Assembly (NCBI GenBank): GCA_035319125.1
Contig: DATHDG010000011.1
Coordinates: 18,820-82,819, forward strand
Direction of reading: 5' to 3'
DNA length: 64,000 bases
Source of the DNA: Dissulfurispiraceae bacterium
Lineage (GTDB): Bacteria > Nitrospirota > Thermodesulfovibrionia > Thermodesulfovibrionales > Dissulfurispiraceae
Shown here: positions 37,254 to 46,937 of the stretch, piece by piece
Numbering within the stretch: the first letter of the stretch is position 1
Layout: each line of letters opens with the position of its first letter
Program-made: the position numbers and the translations under genes
The notes under the pieces: generated by a model
Databases searched by the model: none
What the model saw: only the letters and a program-made list of their open reading frames with translations
Told to the model about the DNA's origin: nothing

Positions 37254-38660
37254 ATGAACTATCCGAGAATAATCATTGCCGGGGTGCGAGGAGGCAGCGG
37301 TAAGACGACCGTTTCACTATCATTGACGGCATCATTAAGGTCCCATTGCAACCTGAAGGTGGTCCCTTACAAAAAAGGGCCCGACTATATCGACGCCGGA
37401 TGGCTCTCTCTCGCTGCTAAGCGGCCCTGCTACAACCTTGATCCGTTTCTTGTTGCAAAGGATGAAGTTGCCCGGTCCTTCGTTGCCCACTTTGAAGGCG
37501 ATATGGCCGTCATCGAAGGGAACAGGGGGCTTTTTGACGGAATGGATGTTGAAGGATCATTCAGCACGGCCGAGCTTGCAAAGCTGCTTAATGCTCCAGT
37601 GATACTTGTTGTGGATTGCACAAAGATGACCAGAACCTCTGCCGCGGTAATTCAGGGATTGATGAGTTTTGACAAGGGACTGGGTATCAAGGGAGTAGTG
37701 TTGAACCAATTGGCTGGAGCTCGCCATGAGTCCATAATACGGCAGTCGGTGGAGAAGTATTGCAGCGTTGCAGTTGTCGGCGCCATCCCTCGGCTCAAGG
37801 CTGGAGAAATGCCTGAACGGCACATGGGTCTTACCCCTTATCAGGAGCACGAAAACACAACTGGAGTTATATCATTTGCTAAAGGGCTGGGAGAAAAATA
37901 TCTCGACCTGACCGCAATAGTGGCTATCGCTGAATCGGCAGGCCCTCTGACCCTGATTGCAACAACCATTGATCGGGATAAAAGCGCGGCTTCGGCATCT
38001 GTAGTCCGTATAGGCGTTTTCAGGGATGCGGCGTTTCAGTTTTACTATCCGGAGAATTTTGAAGAGCTTCGACGTTTAGGTGCAGAGATAGTTGAAATAG
38101 ATGCAATTGATGGTGGCAGTCTGCCAGAGGTTGATGCTTTGTATATTGGCGGCGGTTTTCCGGAAACCAATGCGCTGAAGCTTGCAGAGAATACATCCTT
38201 CCGGGAACATGTAAAGTCTGCAGCCGAAAAAGGCCTGCCTATCTATGCCGAATGCGGAGGCCTGATGTTTTTGGGCGATGCTATCATTATGAATGGACAG
38301 AGATATCCGATGGCCGGCGTATTCCCTCTCGTCTTTGATATGAAACCGAAGCCCCAGGCTCACGGATACACTATTGTTGATGTGGTAGGCGAGAATCCTT
38401 TTTATCCTGAAGGTACCGTTCTTCACGGGCATGAGTTCCATTATTCCTCTGTGGTCGAGATCCGTGACCCGGAAGGTTATCGGCTTGCGTTCAGCATGAA
38501 ACGTGGAAAGGGAATCGGCGAGCAAGCTGACGGCATCTGCTATAAGAACGTACTTGCAACTTATACGCATGTTCATGCCCTCGGAACGCCTGGATGGGCG
38601 CGGGGGTTGATAGATAAAGCAAAGGAGTACAAAGAAAAGAATGACAAAATACACGCCTGA
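37254..38660 (+). CDS. dsrN: cobyrinic acid a,c-diamide synthase homologue (sirohaem amidase DsrN)
   Basis: 468 aa. P-loop GVRGGSGKTTVS and a C-terminal glutamine amidotransferase domain (YAECGGLMFL, HEFHYS). Position is inside the dsr locus. Confidence 0.85.
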   Translation: MNYPRIIIAGVRGGSGKTTVSLSLTASLRSHCNLKVVPYKKGPDYIDAGWLSLAAKRPCYNLDPFLVAKDEVARSFVAHFEGDMAVIEGNRGLFDGMDVEGSFSTAELAKLLNAPVILVVDCTKMTRTSAAVIQGLMSFDKGLGIKGVVLNQLAGARHESIIRQSVEKYCSVAVVGAIPRLKAGEMPERHMGLTPYQEHENTTGVISFAKGLGEKYLDLTAIVAIAESAGPLTLIATTIDRDKSAASASVVRIGVFRDAAFQFYYPENFEELRRLGAEIVEIDAIDGGSLPEVDALYIGGGFPETNALKLAENTSFREHVKSAAEKGLPIYAECGGLMFLGDAIIMNGQRYPMAGVFPLVFDMKPKPQAHGYTIVDVVGENPFYPEGTVLHGHEFHYSSVVEIRDPEGYRLAFSMKRGKGIGEQADGICYKNVLATYTHVHALGTPGWARGLIDKAKEYKEKNDKIHA

Positions 38661-39654
38661 ATGCCCTTTTTGCAGCAGACCAATAGCAAGACCGAAGCCG
38701 ACACGGACTGAATTTGTCGAGATCATCAGCGGCAAGTGTGATTGCGGAGCAGTGTATGTCTGCGATCCGACGGGCCACAATGTTGGAGAGGCTTATAGCG
38801 ACGCTATAGCTGTGGCAACCGGAGAGTGGAGTATAAGCGACATGGATACCGAGAGTTATGATCTAAAAGAGATGGACTATGATCTCAAGAGTCACAGCAT
38901 GATATATGCCAAAGGTCTAAAGGTCCAGGCCGGCAAACTCATATTTATTAAACTGGGCAAGAAGGACGAGAAGGTGTCCGAGGCCGTAGGCGCCGCATCC
39001 GATGCAGGACTGCCGGACGACCCTGCTGTTGCCGGGATGAAGCTCAAGGATCAGATCCGATATTTTCTCGAAATGAAGCGTCCTGATGCGATTGGTAAAA
39101 TCGCTGTCAAGGACAAGAATGTCATAAAGTGGCTTATTTCGTTCTCGTACGACAAAGAGGGCGTAATGACGTGGCGAGCTATAGAGGCTATGGGATATGT
39201 CGCCAAGGAGCTTGGCGCGGCCCGTCAGGACATCCTTAGGGATGCTGTGCGCAAGCTGCTTTGGTCTATGGGCGACGAGTCGGGAGGCATCGGCTGGAGC
39301 GCACCGGAATTTCTTGGTGAAATCGTCCGGAGAGTGCCGGATTCATTCAGCGATCTGGTTCCAATTCTCTGGTCCAACCGGGAAGAGGCAAGCTTCAGGC
39401 CAGGTGTTGTATGGGCTATGATACGTATTGCTGAAGTAAGACCCAACCTGCCTGATATTGCTGCTGGCGAGTTATCAGAGCTAGCTGAAGATCCAAGCCC
39501 GACAGTTCGAGGCTATACTGCCGTATTGGCAAAATTAATCCACTCGGACTGCAAAAACGAGATTTTGCTTAAATTGTCAGAAGATTTAGACACTTTGTTC
39601 TATTTCCGAAATGGCGAACTCAATTCGGTCACTGTGGCAGAGCTAGCTGGTTAG
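38641..39654 (+). CDS. hypothetical protein: N-terminal Cys4 zinc-ribbon-like module + C-terminal helical-repeat (HEAT-like) region
   Basis: 337 aa. CPFC...CDC near the N-terminus and a helical C-terminal half. The start overlaps the dsrN end by 20 nt. Confidence 0.6.
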   Translation: MTKYTPECPFCSRPIARPKPTRTEFVEIISGKCDCGAVYVCDPTGHNVGEAYSDAIAVATGEWSISDMDTESYDLKEMDYDLKSHSMIYAKGLKVQAGKLIFIKLGKKDEKVSEAVGAASDAGLPDDPAVAGMKLKDQIRYFLEMKRPDAIGKIAVKDKNVIKWLISFSYDKEGVMTWRAIEAMGYVAKELGAARQDILRDAVRKLLWSMGDESGGIGWSAPEFLGEIVRRVPDSFSDLVPILWSNREEASFRPGVVWAMIRIAEVRPNLPDIAAGELSELAEDPSPTVRGYTAVLAKLIHSDCKNEILLKLSEDLDTLFYFRNGELNSVTVAELAG

Positions 39655-39813
39655 GAAAATGGATAAGCACTGTAAATGTATTTATAATTTTATTTAATTT
39701 GACCCCGAAGTTGACTCTATATTATTTTTTAACACTCGTAAAATCGCGCATACCGAAATACTGAGTATATATGATTATGCGAAAAACTATAATGACGAAA
39801 GGAGGTAGCACAA

Positions 39814-40149
39814 ATGGCCTTACTTGAGTTCGGTGGAAAATCTGTTGAAGTTGATGAGGATGGTTATCTCGTCAATCTTGACGATTGGACAAAAGAGCTT
39901 GGTGAGCACATGGCGTCTCAAGACGGTCTTGCGCTTACAGAAGCTCATTGGGAAGTCATCAATTTCCTTCGGGATTACTATGCCAAGTATCAGATTGCTC
40001 CTATGATCAAGATTCTCGTTAAGGAGATTGGAAAGGTAATGGGCCCTGAAAAGGGAAACACAAAATACCTGTACGAGCTTTTCCCGGATGGGCCGGCAAA
40101 GCAGGCCTGCAGATATGCGGGACTTCCTAAGCCGACCGGTTGCGTCTAA
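39814..40149 (+). CDS. dsrC: DsrC (TusE/DsrC/DsvC family) with both conserved C-terminal cysteines
   Basis: 111 aa. DEDGYL, WTKEL and HWEVINFLRDYY blocks, with C-terminus CRYAGLPKPTGCV (Cys at -3 and at -13 from the end). AGGAGG SD upstream. Confidence 0.95.
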   Translation: MALLEFGGKSVEVDEDGYLVNLDDWTKELGEHMASQDGLALTEAHWEVINFLRDYYAKYQIAPMIKILVKEIGKVMGPEKGNTKYLYELFPDGPAKQACRYAGLPKPTGCV

Positions 40150-40170
40150 TCTTTTCAAAGGAATCAGATT

Positions 40171-40208
40171 CAGGGGGATAATCCACCGTAAGGAGGGTTA
40201 TCCCCCTG
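40171..40208 (+). terminator. strong hairpin 22 nt after dsrC stop (terminator or mRNA-stabilising element)
   Basis: An 11-bp perfect stem CAGGGGGATAA / TTATCCCCCTG with a 16-nt loop. No clear U tract follows. Confidence 0.5.
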
Positions 40209-40359
40209 TTCAAGAGAGTTATACCATTATGAAAAAGTATTGTGAAAGGGTTAGGGGGACTGTCTTGTCTGTGCGTCATATGTCTATCTTGTTGAATCCA
40301 CTTTCTATTTTGTCCTTATCTCCCTCTGTACCGCGCCTGTTTTCAGTGGGAGGCCCAAA

Positions 40360-40938
40360 TTGAAGCTTGACGAGCTTCTTAAGAAGCAGCGATCTTCAAT
40401 CATCGACAAGTGGTTTAACCGTATTATTTCTTCGTATCCTGACGACACAGCTGAATTCCTGAGAAAGAAAAGCGGATTTGCTAACCCGGTAGGGCAGACA
40501 ACATTCCAGGGAATTCAGGATATCTTTGACGGACTTCTCCTTGACGCAGAACCTACCGAGATAGAACCCTTTCTCGATTCCATTATCAGGGTGAGGGCAG
40601 TTCAGAATTTCAGCCCGTCCGAGGCAGTGGATTTTATCTATCAGCTTAAGAAGATCATACGCGAAGAGATATCGGCCTCTTTTAAGGATGCCGAGATTAG
40701 GGGCGAGTTGGAGTCGCTGGATTCACGAATAGATTCTCTTGCCCTGCTCAGTTTCGATATCTTCATGAAATGTAGGGAAAAATTGTACGATATAAAGGCC
40801 AATGAGTTGCGAGACAGGACGCTCTGGCTGCTAAAGAAGTCGAACCTACTGACTGAAACACCGGATGAAACTGAAAAACAGGGTGGTGTCGACATGGGTA
40901 AAAATATTAACACTAATGAGACGAAAGAGGTAAGGTAA
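40360..40938 (+). CDS. hypothetical protein in the DsrT position (abuts dsrM)
   Basis: 192 aa (TTG start). The stop TAA is immediately followed by the dsrM ATG. The assignment as DsrT-like is positional plus a vague resemblance to RsbRD-N-type helical proteins. Confidence 0.5.
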   Translation: MKLDELLKKQRSSIIDKWFNRIISSYPDDTAEFLRKKSGFANPVGQTTFQGIQDIFDGLLLDAEPTEIEPFLDSIIRVRAVQNFSPSEAVDFIYQLKKIIREEISASFKDAEIRGELESLDSRIDSLALLSFDIFMKCREKLYDIKANELRDRTLWLLKKSNLLTETPDETEKQGGVDMGKNINTNETKEVR

Positions 40939-41931
40939 ATGGGTATCGCATTTTCTTTTGCGGCGGTCATTGCATTGATAGTGCTGGCCTTTTTCGGGGT
41001 TGCGGTATTGAACCTGCAGATTCTTTTCGGGGTGGTCTTTCCATATGCGGCCTTCCTGGCGTTTATCGTCGGGTTTGTATTAAAGGTCGTTAAATGGGGG
41101 CGCTCACCGGTTCCGTTTCGCATCCCTACCACAGGCGGGCAAGGTTATTCCTTCTCCTGGATTGAGCAGAACAAGCTGGACAGTCCTCCAAATGGATTGT
41201 GGGTGATCGGCAGAATGCTTCTGGAAGTTCTGGTATTTCGTTCCCTCTTCAGGAACACCAAGTCAGAACTCAACAGCGGCAAGCTGGTTCACGGCTCCGA
41301 GAAATTCTTATGGTTATTTGGCCTGATTTTTCACTGGTCTTTTTTGATAGTGCTGGTAAGGCATTTCAGGTTTTTTATGGTAAACGTTCCATTGCCGATC
41401 AAGATAATGGAAGCCTTGGATTCATTCTTCCAGGTGGGCGTGCCGTTGGTTTATATTACGGACTTAACATTGCTGCTTGGTGTCACTTACCTTTTCATCA
41501 GAAGGGTGCTCATGCCGCAGATCAGATTCATATCGCTGCCTGCAGACTACTTCCCGCTGTTACTTATTTTTGCAGTTGCGACTACGGGAATACTTATGAG
41601 ATATTTCATAAGGGTGGATATAGTAGGTGTAAAGCAGGTGACAATGGGGCTTGTGAGCTTGCACCCGGTAGCGCCTAATTCAATAGGCTCTATCTTCTAC
41701 ATACATCTCTTCCTTGTGAGCGTGCTTTTCGCCTATTTCCCCTTCAGCAAACTCATGCATATGGGAGGAGTGTTCATGAGTCCGACGAGGAACCTGGCTA
41801 ACAATAGCCGCATGGTCAGGCACGTAAACCCGTGGAACTACCCTGTCCATGTACATACTTATGCTGAGTATGAAGACGAGTTTAGAGAAAAAATGATAAA
41901 GGCTGGCTTGCCAGTGGAAAAGGAGCAATAA
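40939..41931 (+). CDS. dsrM: DsrM (NarI-like haem b membrane subunit)
   Basis: 330 aa, polytopic, with His residues in TM helices. It is first of a tightly coupled MKJOP series (TAATG overlap with dsrK). Confidence 0.9.
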   Translation: MGIAFSFAAVIALIVLAFFGVAVLNLQILFGVVFPYAAFLAFIVGFVLKVVKWGRSPVPFRIPTTGGQGYSFSWIEQNKLDSPPNGLWVIGRMLLEVLVFRSLFRNTKSELNSGKLVHGSEKFLWLFGLIFHWSFLIVLVRHFRFFMVNVPLPIKIMEALDSFFQVGVPLVYITDLTLLLGVTYLFIRRVLMPQIRFISLPADYFPLLLIFAVATTGILMRYFIRVDIVGVKQVTMGLVSLHPVAPNSIGSIFYIHLFLVSVLFAYFPFSKLMHMGGVFMSPTRNLANNSRMVRHVNPWNYPVHVHTYAEYEDEFREKMIKAGLPVEKEQ

Positions 41932-43535
41932 TGGCAAAGATCCCTAAACCCGAACAACTTTCAAAAATAGATCTTAAGCCGAAGAGGCATTGGTCGCAGT
42001 TCCCCATTGATATCCGGCCCGGCATGTATTGCCACGGTGCAAAGGGTAAGGACCTTAAGACCCTTGAACTGCCTAATGCACGGGACTGGTCTCCAGCCGA
42101 AGCAGACTGGAAACTCCCTGAGGATTGGAAACAGACGGTTTTAGACGGAATCAAGCAGAGGCTTGAGAGGTATCGCTCATTTCATATTTTTATGGATGTA
42201 TGCGTAAGATGCGGCGCGTGCGCTGACAAATGCCACTTTTTCCTCGGCTCTGGCGATTCCAGAAATATGCCGGTGGTCAGGGCTGAAATACTCAGGTCTG
42301 TTTACCGTCATTATTTCACCCCGGCAGGCAAACTCTTTGGCAAATATGCCGGTGCGCGCGAACTGACCTTGGATGTGCTCAAGGAATGGTGGTACTATTT
42401 CTACCAGTGCACGGAATGCCGCCGCTGTTCGCTTTTCTGCCCGTACGGCATCGACCAGGCCGAAATAACTATCATAGGCCGCGAGCTGATGAACCTTCTG
42501 GGTCTCAACATTGGCTGGATCACCGGGCCGGCAGCAAACTGTTACATGAAAGGCAACCATCTTGGGCTGGAGCCACACACGATCAAGAGCAGTATAGAGT
42601 TTTTCCTGAGCGACATCGAAGATATCACTGGGATTAAAATCGAGCCGACATTCAACAGAAAAGGCGCGGAGATACTATTCGTCACACCTTCAGGAGACCT
42701 GTTCGCTGATCCCGGTACATATACTGCTATGGGATATCTGATGCTCTTCCATGAACTCGGACTCGACTACACCTGGAGCACATACGCCTCGGAAGGCGGC
42801 AACTTCGGCTTCTTCACATCAATGGAGATGGCGAAGCGGCTTAACTCCAAGATATACGCCGAAGCGAAGAGGCTTGGTGTGAAATGGATACTTGGCGGCG
42901 AGTGCGGTCATATGTGGAGGGTCCTGCATCAATATATGGATACCTTCAACGGTCCAGCAGATTTTCTCGAGGAGCCGGTATCGCCGATCACGGGCACCAA
43001 GTTCGACAATGCCAAGGCGACCAAGATGGTTCATATCGTCGAGTTTACGGCCGACCTTATCAAAAACGGAAAACTCAAGCTTGATCCAAGCAGGAACGAT
43101 GACCTTATAGTGACCTATCACGACTCCTGCAATCCGGCCAGAGGAATGGGCTTCTTTGAAGAACCCAGATATGTGATAAAGAGCGTATGCAACCACTTCC
43201 ATGAGATGCCGGAAGATACGATCCGCGAGCAGACATTCTGCTGTGGCAGCGGGTCGGGCCTCAATGCAAGCGAGGACATGGAACTCAGGATGAGAGGCGG
43301 CTTCCCAAGGGCAAATGCAGTCAAACATGTACGCGACAAGCACGGCGTCAATATGCTGGCCAATATATGCGCTATCGACAGGGCTACGCTACCTCCGCTC
43401 ATGGATTACTGGGTGCCTGGTGTAAGAGTGACAGGAACTCACGAACTCGTTGCAAACGCGCTGGTTATGAAGGGCGAGAAAGAGAGAGAGACCAACCTTC
43501 GGGCCGAACCTCTTCCCGGAAAGGGGGGTGAATAA
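41931..43535 (+). CDS. dsrK: DsrK (HdrD-like Fe-S subunit)
   Basis: 534 aa. CVRCGACADKCHFF and CTECRRCSLFCPYG cluster motifs, plus CCG-type regions (YHDSCNPARG, TFCCGSGSG). Confidence 0.9.
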   Translation: MAKIPKPEQLSKIDLKPKRHWSQFPIDIRPGMYCHGAKGKDLKTLELPNARDWSPAEADWKLPEDWKQTVLDGIKQRLERYRSFHIFMDVCVRCGACADKCHFFLGSGDSRNMPVVRAEILRSVYRHYFTPAGKLFGKYAGARELTLDVLKEWWYYFYQCTECRRCSLFCPYGIDQAEITIIGRELMNLLGLNIGWITGPAANCYMKGNHLGLEPHTIKSSIEFFLSDIEDITGIKIEPTFNRKGAEILFVTPSGDLFADPGTYTAMGYLMLFHELGLDYTWSTYASEGGNFGFFTSMEMAKRLNSKIYAEAKRLGVKWILGGECGHMWRVLHQYMDTFNGPADFLEEPVSPITGTKFDNAKATKMVHIVEFTADLIKNGKLKLDPSRNDDLIVTYHDSCNPARGMGFFEEPRYVIKSVCNHFHEMPEDTIREQTFCCGSGSGLNASEDMELRMRGGFPRANAVKHVRDKHGVNMLANICAIDRATLPPLMDYWVPGVRVTGTHELVANALVMKGEKERETNLRAEPLPGKGGE

Positions 43536-43537
43536 TC

Positions 43538-44302
43538 ATGTACGACAGCGGAAAGATTATAGCCGGACTGATTATTTTCATCGTTATAGCATCACTTCCC
43601 TTCACGATGAATCTGGGTAAGGCTTCAATAAAACCTGAACCGAGCATTAATACCTTTGCCATCAATCAGATGGCGAAGAAACAGTGTATCGAGAGCAAGG
43701 CCTATATGAAAACCACCCATATGCAGATGCTGAACAACTGGAGGGATGAGGTGGTGCGTGACGGCAACAGGCTGTATGTTGCTTCAGACGGCAAAGAATA
43801 CAACATGAGCTTGCAGAATACCTGCATGCATTGCCATACGAATAAGGATAAGTTCTGCGATGAATGCCATAACTATGTTGCGGTCAAGCCCTATTGCTGG
43901 GATTGTCATATTGTTCCGAAGGAAGGCGCATTCGTACCGGTCGCGGCAAAAGCAGCTCCGGCACCGGCAGCTGTTCCAGGCCCTATCAATGTGCACTTTG
44001 CGGTCGGCAAGTATGATATTCCGGATGAGGCTCAGCACGGACTGACAGCATTGGCCGCGTATCTTCAGAAAAATGAGTCTGCCAGTGTTGTCATTTCCGG
44101 CTATACGGATAAAACCGGAGACCCGGCAAAGAACGAAGAACTGGCCAAGAATAGAGCCAAAGCCGTACGCGAGGTCTTCCGTGCGGCGGGCATTTCCGAT
44201 GAGCGCATTGTTATGAAGAAACCTGAGGTCATAACGGGCAGCGCGGACAATGCTGAAGCACGCCGTGTCGACGTCAGCATTGCAGAAGGGAAGGGGGTTT
44301 AG
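43538..44302 (+). CDS. dsrJ: DsrJ tri-haem cytochrome c fused to a C-terminal OmpA-like domain
   Basis: 254 aa. N-terminal anchor, conserved QCIES...HMQMLNNWRD block, and three CxxCH motifs (CMHCH 43823-43837, CDECH, CWDCH). An Ala/Pro linker follows, then SGYTDKTGDPAKNEELAKNRAKAV...ARRVDVSI (OmpA_C-type). Confidence 0.85.
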   Translation: MYDSGKIIAGLIIFIVIASLPFTMNLGKASIKPEPSINTFAINQMAKKQCIESKAYMKTTHMQMLNNWRDEVVRDGNRLYVASDGKEYNMSLQNTCMHCHTNKDKFCDECHNYVAVKPYCWDCHIVPKEGAFVPVAAKAAPAPAAVPGPINVHFAVGKYDIPDEAQHGLTALAAYLQKNESASVVISGYTDKTGDPAKNEELAKNRAKAVREVFRAAGISDERIVMKKPEVITGSADNAEARRVDVSIAEGKGV

Positions 44303-44304
44303 CG

Positions 44305-45114
44305 ATGGGTGTGAACAGACGCGAATTTCTGAAATTTGTAAGCATGTCGACCCTGCTTGGTCTAGGCGGCACTACTGTTGCAGCTTCGGTCAAGAAGGAA
44401 CTGGAGGCCTCCGGGCCATATATCCCTGATCCGAAGGGAATCAATGCTAAAAGATGGGCTATGGCAGTAGATATGAGAAAGTTCAAATCTGATGAAGATA
44501 TTCAAAAGTGCATTGACGCCTGTCATCAGGTTCATAATGTGCCTGAAGCTGATCCAGCTCATCCGACGCAGGAGATAAAATGGATATGGACTGAATCTTA
44601 CGAACGTGCTTTCCCCGGCAACGAGGATGAATATCTTGCTGCTCATTATAAGCACATGCCGTTTCTTATACTTTGCAACCATTGCGAAAACCCTCCGTGT
44701 GTCAGAGTCTGTCCGACAAAGGCAACGTTCAAGCGTCACACAGACGGCATTGTCATGATGGACATGCACCGATGCATCGGCTGCCGTTTTTGCATGGCGG
44801 CTTGTCCATATGGAGCCAGAAGCTTTAACTTCAGAGACCCTCGTCCTTTTATCAAGAGGGATCTGAATCAGGAGTTTCCAACGAGGACAAAGGGTGTCGT
44901 GGAGAAATGCACCTTCTGCTATGAGAGGTTGGCAAAGGGCCTGCAGCCTGCCTGCGCTGAGATTTCAAACGGAGCTATAGCCTTTGGAGATTTAGATGAT
45001 CCGGAATCCCCAGTCAGGAAGGTAATCGACAATAACTTCACCATTAGACGCAAGCCCGAGCTTGGCACCCATCCAAGTGTCTATTATGTTATAGGAGGAC
45101 AGGAACATGCTTGA
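44305..45114 (+). CDS. dsrO: DsrO (periplasmic 4Fe-4S ferredoxin subunit, Tat leader)
   Basis: 269 aa. NRREFLKF twin-arginine leader, then [26 protein letters not shown] and CTFCYERL. Confidence 0.9.
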   Translation: MGVNRREFLKFVSMSTLLGLGGTTVAASVKKELEASGPYIPDPKGINAKRWAMAVDMRKFKSDEDIQKCIDACHQVHNVPEADPAHPTQEIKWIWTESYERAFPGNEDEYLAAHYKHMPFLILCNHCENPPCVRVCPTKATFKRHTDGIVMMDMHRCIGCRFCMAACPYGARSFNFRDPRPFIKRDLNQEFPTRTKGVVEKCTFCYERLAKGLQPACAEISNGAIAFGDLDDPESPVRKVIDNNFTIRRKPELGTHPSVYYVIGGQEHA

Positions 45115-46276
45115 GAAAGCCCTCAAAGGAGGCAGAACATACTGGACATGGGTGGCAGCTCTGCTGGCTGTTATAGGCGTCGGAGTTGCTTGTTATATTT
45201 ATCAATTCTTTATGGGATTGGGTATCACCGGCATGAGCAGGGACGTGTCCTGGGGGTTTTACATCGCTCAGTTCACCTTTCTGGTCGGGGTCGCTGCTTC
45301 GGGCGTCATGGTGGTCCTGCCCTTTTACCTGCATGACTACAAGGCGTTCGGAAAGATAACTATCCTTGGCGAGTTCTTAGCAATACCTGCGGTACTAATG
45401 TGCATGCTTTTCATATTTGTGGATATGGGGCAGCCCCTTAGGGTACTTAACGTGTTGCTTCATCCGACACTCAATTCGGTCATGTTTTACGACATGTGTG
45501 TTTTGGCCGGCTATCTTGTGCTCAATATTCTGGTCGGATGGACATCTCTGGGCGCAGAACGCAAGGGAGTTGCACCTCCAAAATGGGTCAAACCCTTTGT
45601 GATCCTTTCGATAGCATGGGCGCCGTCCATTCATACTGTTACGGCGTTTCTATACGCAGGTCTTCCTGGCAGGCACTTCTGGCTTTCGGCTATAATGGCT
45701 GCCCGATTCCTCGCATCGGCCTTCGCAGGAGGTCCTGCGCTGCTCATAATACTTGCCCTGATCGTCAGGAAGTACTCAAAGTTCGATCCCGGCAAAGAGG
45801 CTATCCAGACGCTTGGTAAGATAGTAACCTATTTCATGATCACGAGCACCTTCTTCCTCGGTCTCGAATTCTTTACGGCGTTCTACAGCGGCATACCGGG
45901 GCACATGCAGTCGTTTATTTATCTTTATAAAGGGCTGGAAGGACATCACCAGCTGGTTCCGCTTATGTGGATATCCACGATATTTGCGGTTATCGCATTG
46001 TGCATACTGGTATTCCCGTTCCTCAGGAGAAACGAGACAATCCTGGCCATCGCCGCGGGTTTGGTATTCATTTCGCTCTGGATCGACAAGGGATTCGGTC
46101 TTATAGTTGGAGGCTTCGTCCCCAATCCTTTCGAGGGCATTACCGAATATTGGCCTACAACTCCCGAGTTTCTAATTGCTGCTGGAGTATGGGCAATCGG
46201 ATTCCTGGTTCTTACTATTCTGTACAAGATTGCTGTTTCAATAAAGGAAGAGAGCGGAGGAGAGGCAATTCACTGA
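45107..46276 (+). CDS. dsrP: DsrP (NrfD/PsrC-like membrane subunit)
   Basis: 389 aa with about ten TM segments. It overlaps the dsrO end by 8 nt. Confidence 0.9.
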   Translation: MLEKALKGGRTYWTWVAALLAVIGVGVACYIYQFFMGLGITGMSRDVSWGFYIAQFTFLVGVAASGVMVVLPFYLHDYKAFGKITILGEFLAIPAVLMCMLFIFVDMGQPLRVLNVLLHPTLNSVMFYDMCVLAGYLVLNILVGWTSLGAERKGVAPPKWVKPFVILSIAWAPSIHTVTAFLYAGLPGRHFWLSAIMAARFLASAFAGGPALLIILALIVRKYSKFDPGKEAIQTLGKIVTYFMITSTFFLGLEFFTAFYSGIPGHMQSFIYLYKGLEGHHQLVPLMWISTIFAVIALCILVFPFLRRNETILAIAAGLVFISLWIDKGFGLIVGGFVPNPFEGITEYWPTTPEFLIAAGVWAIGFLVLTILYKIAVSIKEESGGEAIH

Positions 46277-46287
46277 TTTAGGTTGAA

Positions 46288-46320
46288 GGAAGCCCGTTTT
46301 ATAGGGCTTCCTGTTTGATT
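46288..46320 (+). terminator. hairpin after dsrP (possible partial terminator)
   Basis: GGAAGCCC / GGGCTTCC 8-bp stem with an 8-nt loop, followed by TGTTTGATT. Confidence 0.4.
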
Positions 46321-46411
46321 GACAACGAAGTAAGTTCATCTGTTATATTAAATTAAGCAAGCGCTCTGATACGAATTTCGTATGAGCTCATATATCAAGG
46401 AGGTGACGTTA

Positions 46412-46597
46412 ATGTATTTGGTTACAGTTGATACTGGAAAGTGCGACGGTTGTGAGGAGTGCGTCAATGCCTGTCCTCAGATGGTATTCAAGATAACGGA
46501 TGGCAAGAGCGATCCTTACCAATCCGGCGAATGCGTTTTCTGTGAGACTTGTCTCAGCATGTGCCCGACCGGCGCAATTACGATCACTGAAATGTAG
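46412..46597 (+). CDS. small 2x[4Fe-4S] ferredoxin
   Basis: 61 aa from ATG 46412 (AAGGAGGTG SD upstream). CDGCEECVNACP and CVFCETCLSMCP motifs. The track start at 46382 is less likely. Confidence 0.8.
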   Translation: MYLVTVDTGKCDGCEECVNACPQMVFKITDGKSDPYQSGECVFCETCLSMCPTGAITITEM

Positions 46598-46618
46598 CAG
46601 ATATCTGCTTCCGGAAAT

Positions 46619-46655
46619 AAAAAAAAGGAGCATCCGACCGATGCTCCTTTTTTTT
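46619..46655. terminator. bidirectional rho-independent terminator (ferredoxin / tusA)
   Basis: A-run, then GGAGCATC stem, 5-nt loop, GATGCTCC stem, then T-run. It is shared by convergent transcription units. Confidence 0.8.
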
Positions 46656-46674
46656 ATTTTGATATTTCAGGCGG

Positions 46675-46920
46675 TTACTTCTTTTGGATATAGATTTCCC
46701 AGTGGTCGCCAGTCTTTTCGACCTCTATGGGATAGCCTTGCTTCTCGGCGTACCGCGGAATTGAGTCTTCGGCCGAAGCAGGGGCATCGCAGAGGACCTT
46801 GAGAAGCGAGCCGGAGGCCATCTTCTCGATCTGCTTTTTGGTCAATACTAGCGGGTAGGGGCATACCCTTCCGAGTACGTCCAGTACTTCAGTAGGTGTC
46901 TGAGCTTTTAAATCTCCCAT
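46675..46920 (-). CDS. tusA: TusA/SirA family sulfurtransferase
   Basis: 81 aa with the LDVLGRVCPYPLVLTKK active-site Cys-Pro motif. Confidence 0.85.
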   Translation of the reverse strand: MGDLKAQTPTEVLDVLGRVCPYPLVLTKKQIEKMASGSLLKVLCDAPASAEDSIPRYAEKQGYPIEVEKTGDHWEIYIQKK

Positions 46921-46937
46921 TGTCTTCCTCCTTTAGT

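Noticed and set aside
36941-37255. 104-aa minus-strand track ORF between dsrD and dsrN
   Set aside because: A different frame of the same strand encodes a textbook rubredoxin with an SD (36954..37118). The 104-aa translation has no recognisable features.
38076-38780. 234-aa and 95-aa ORFs antisense to dsrN
   Set aside because: They are shadow ORFs opposite a well-supported CobB/CbiA-family gene.
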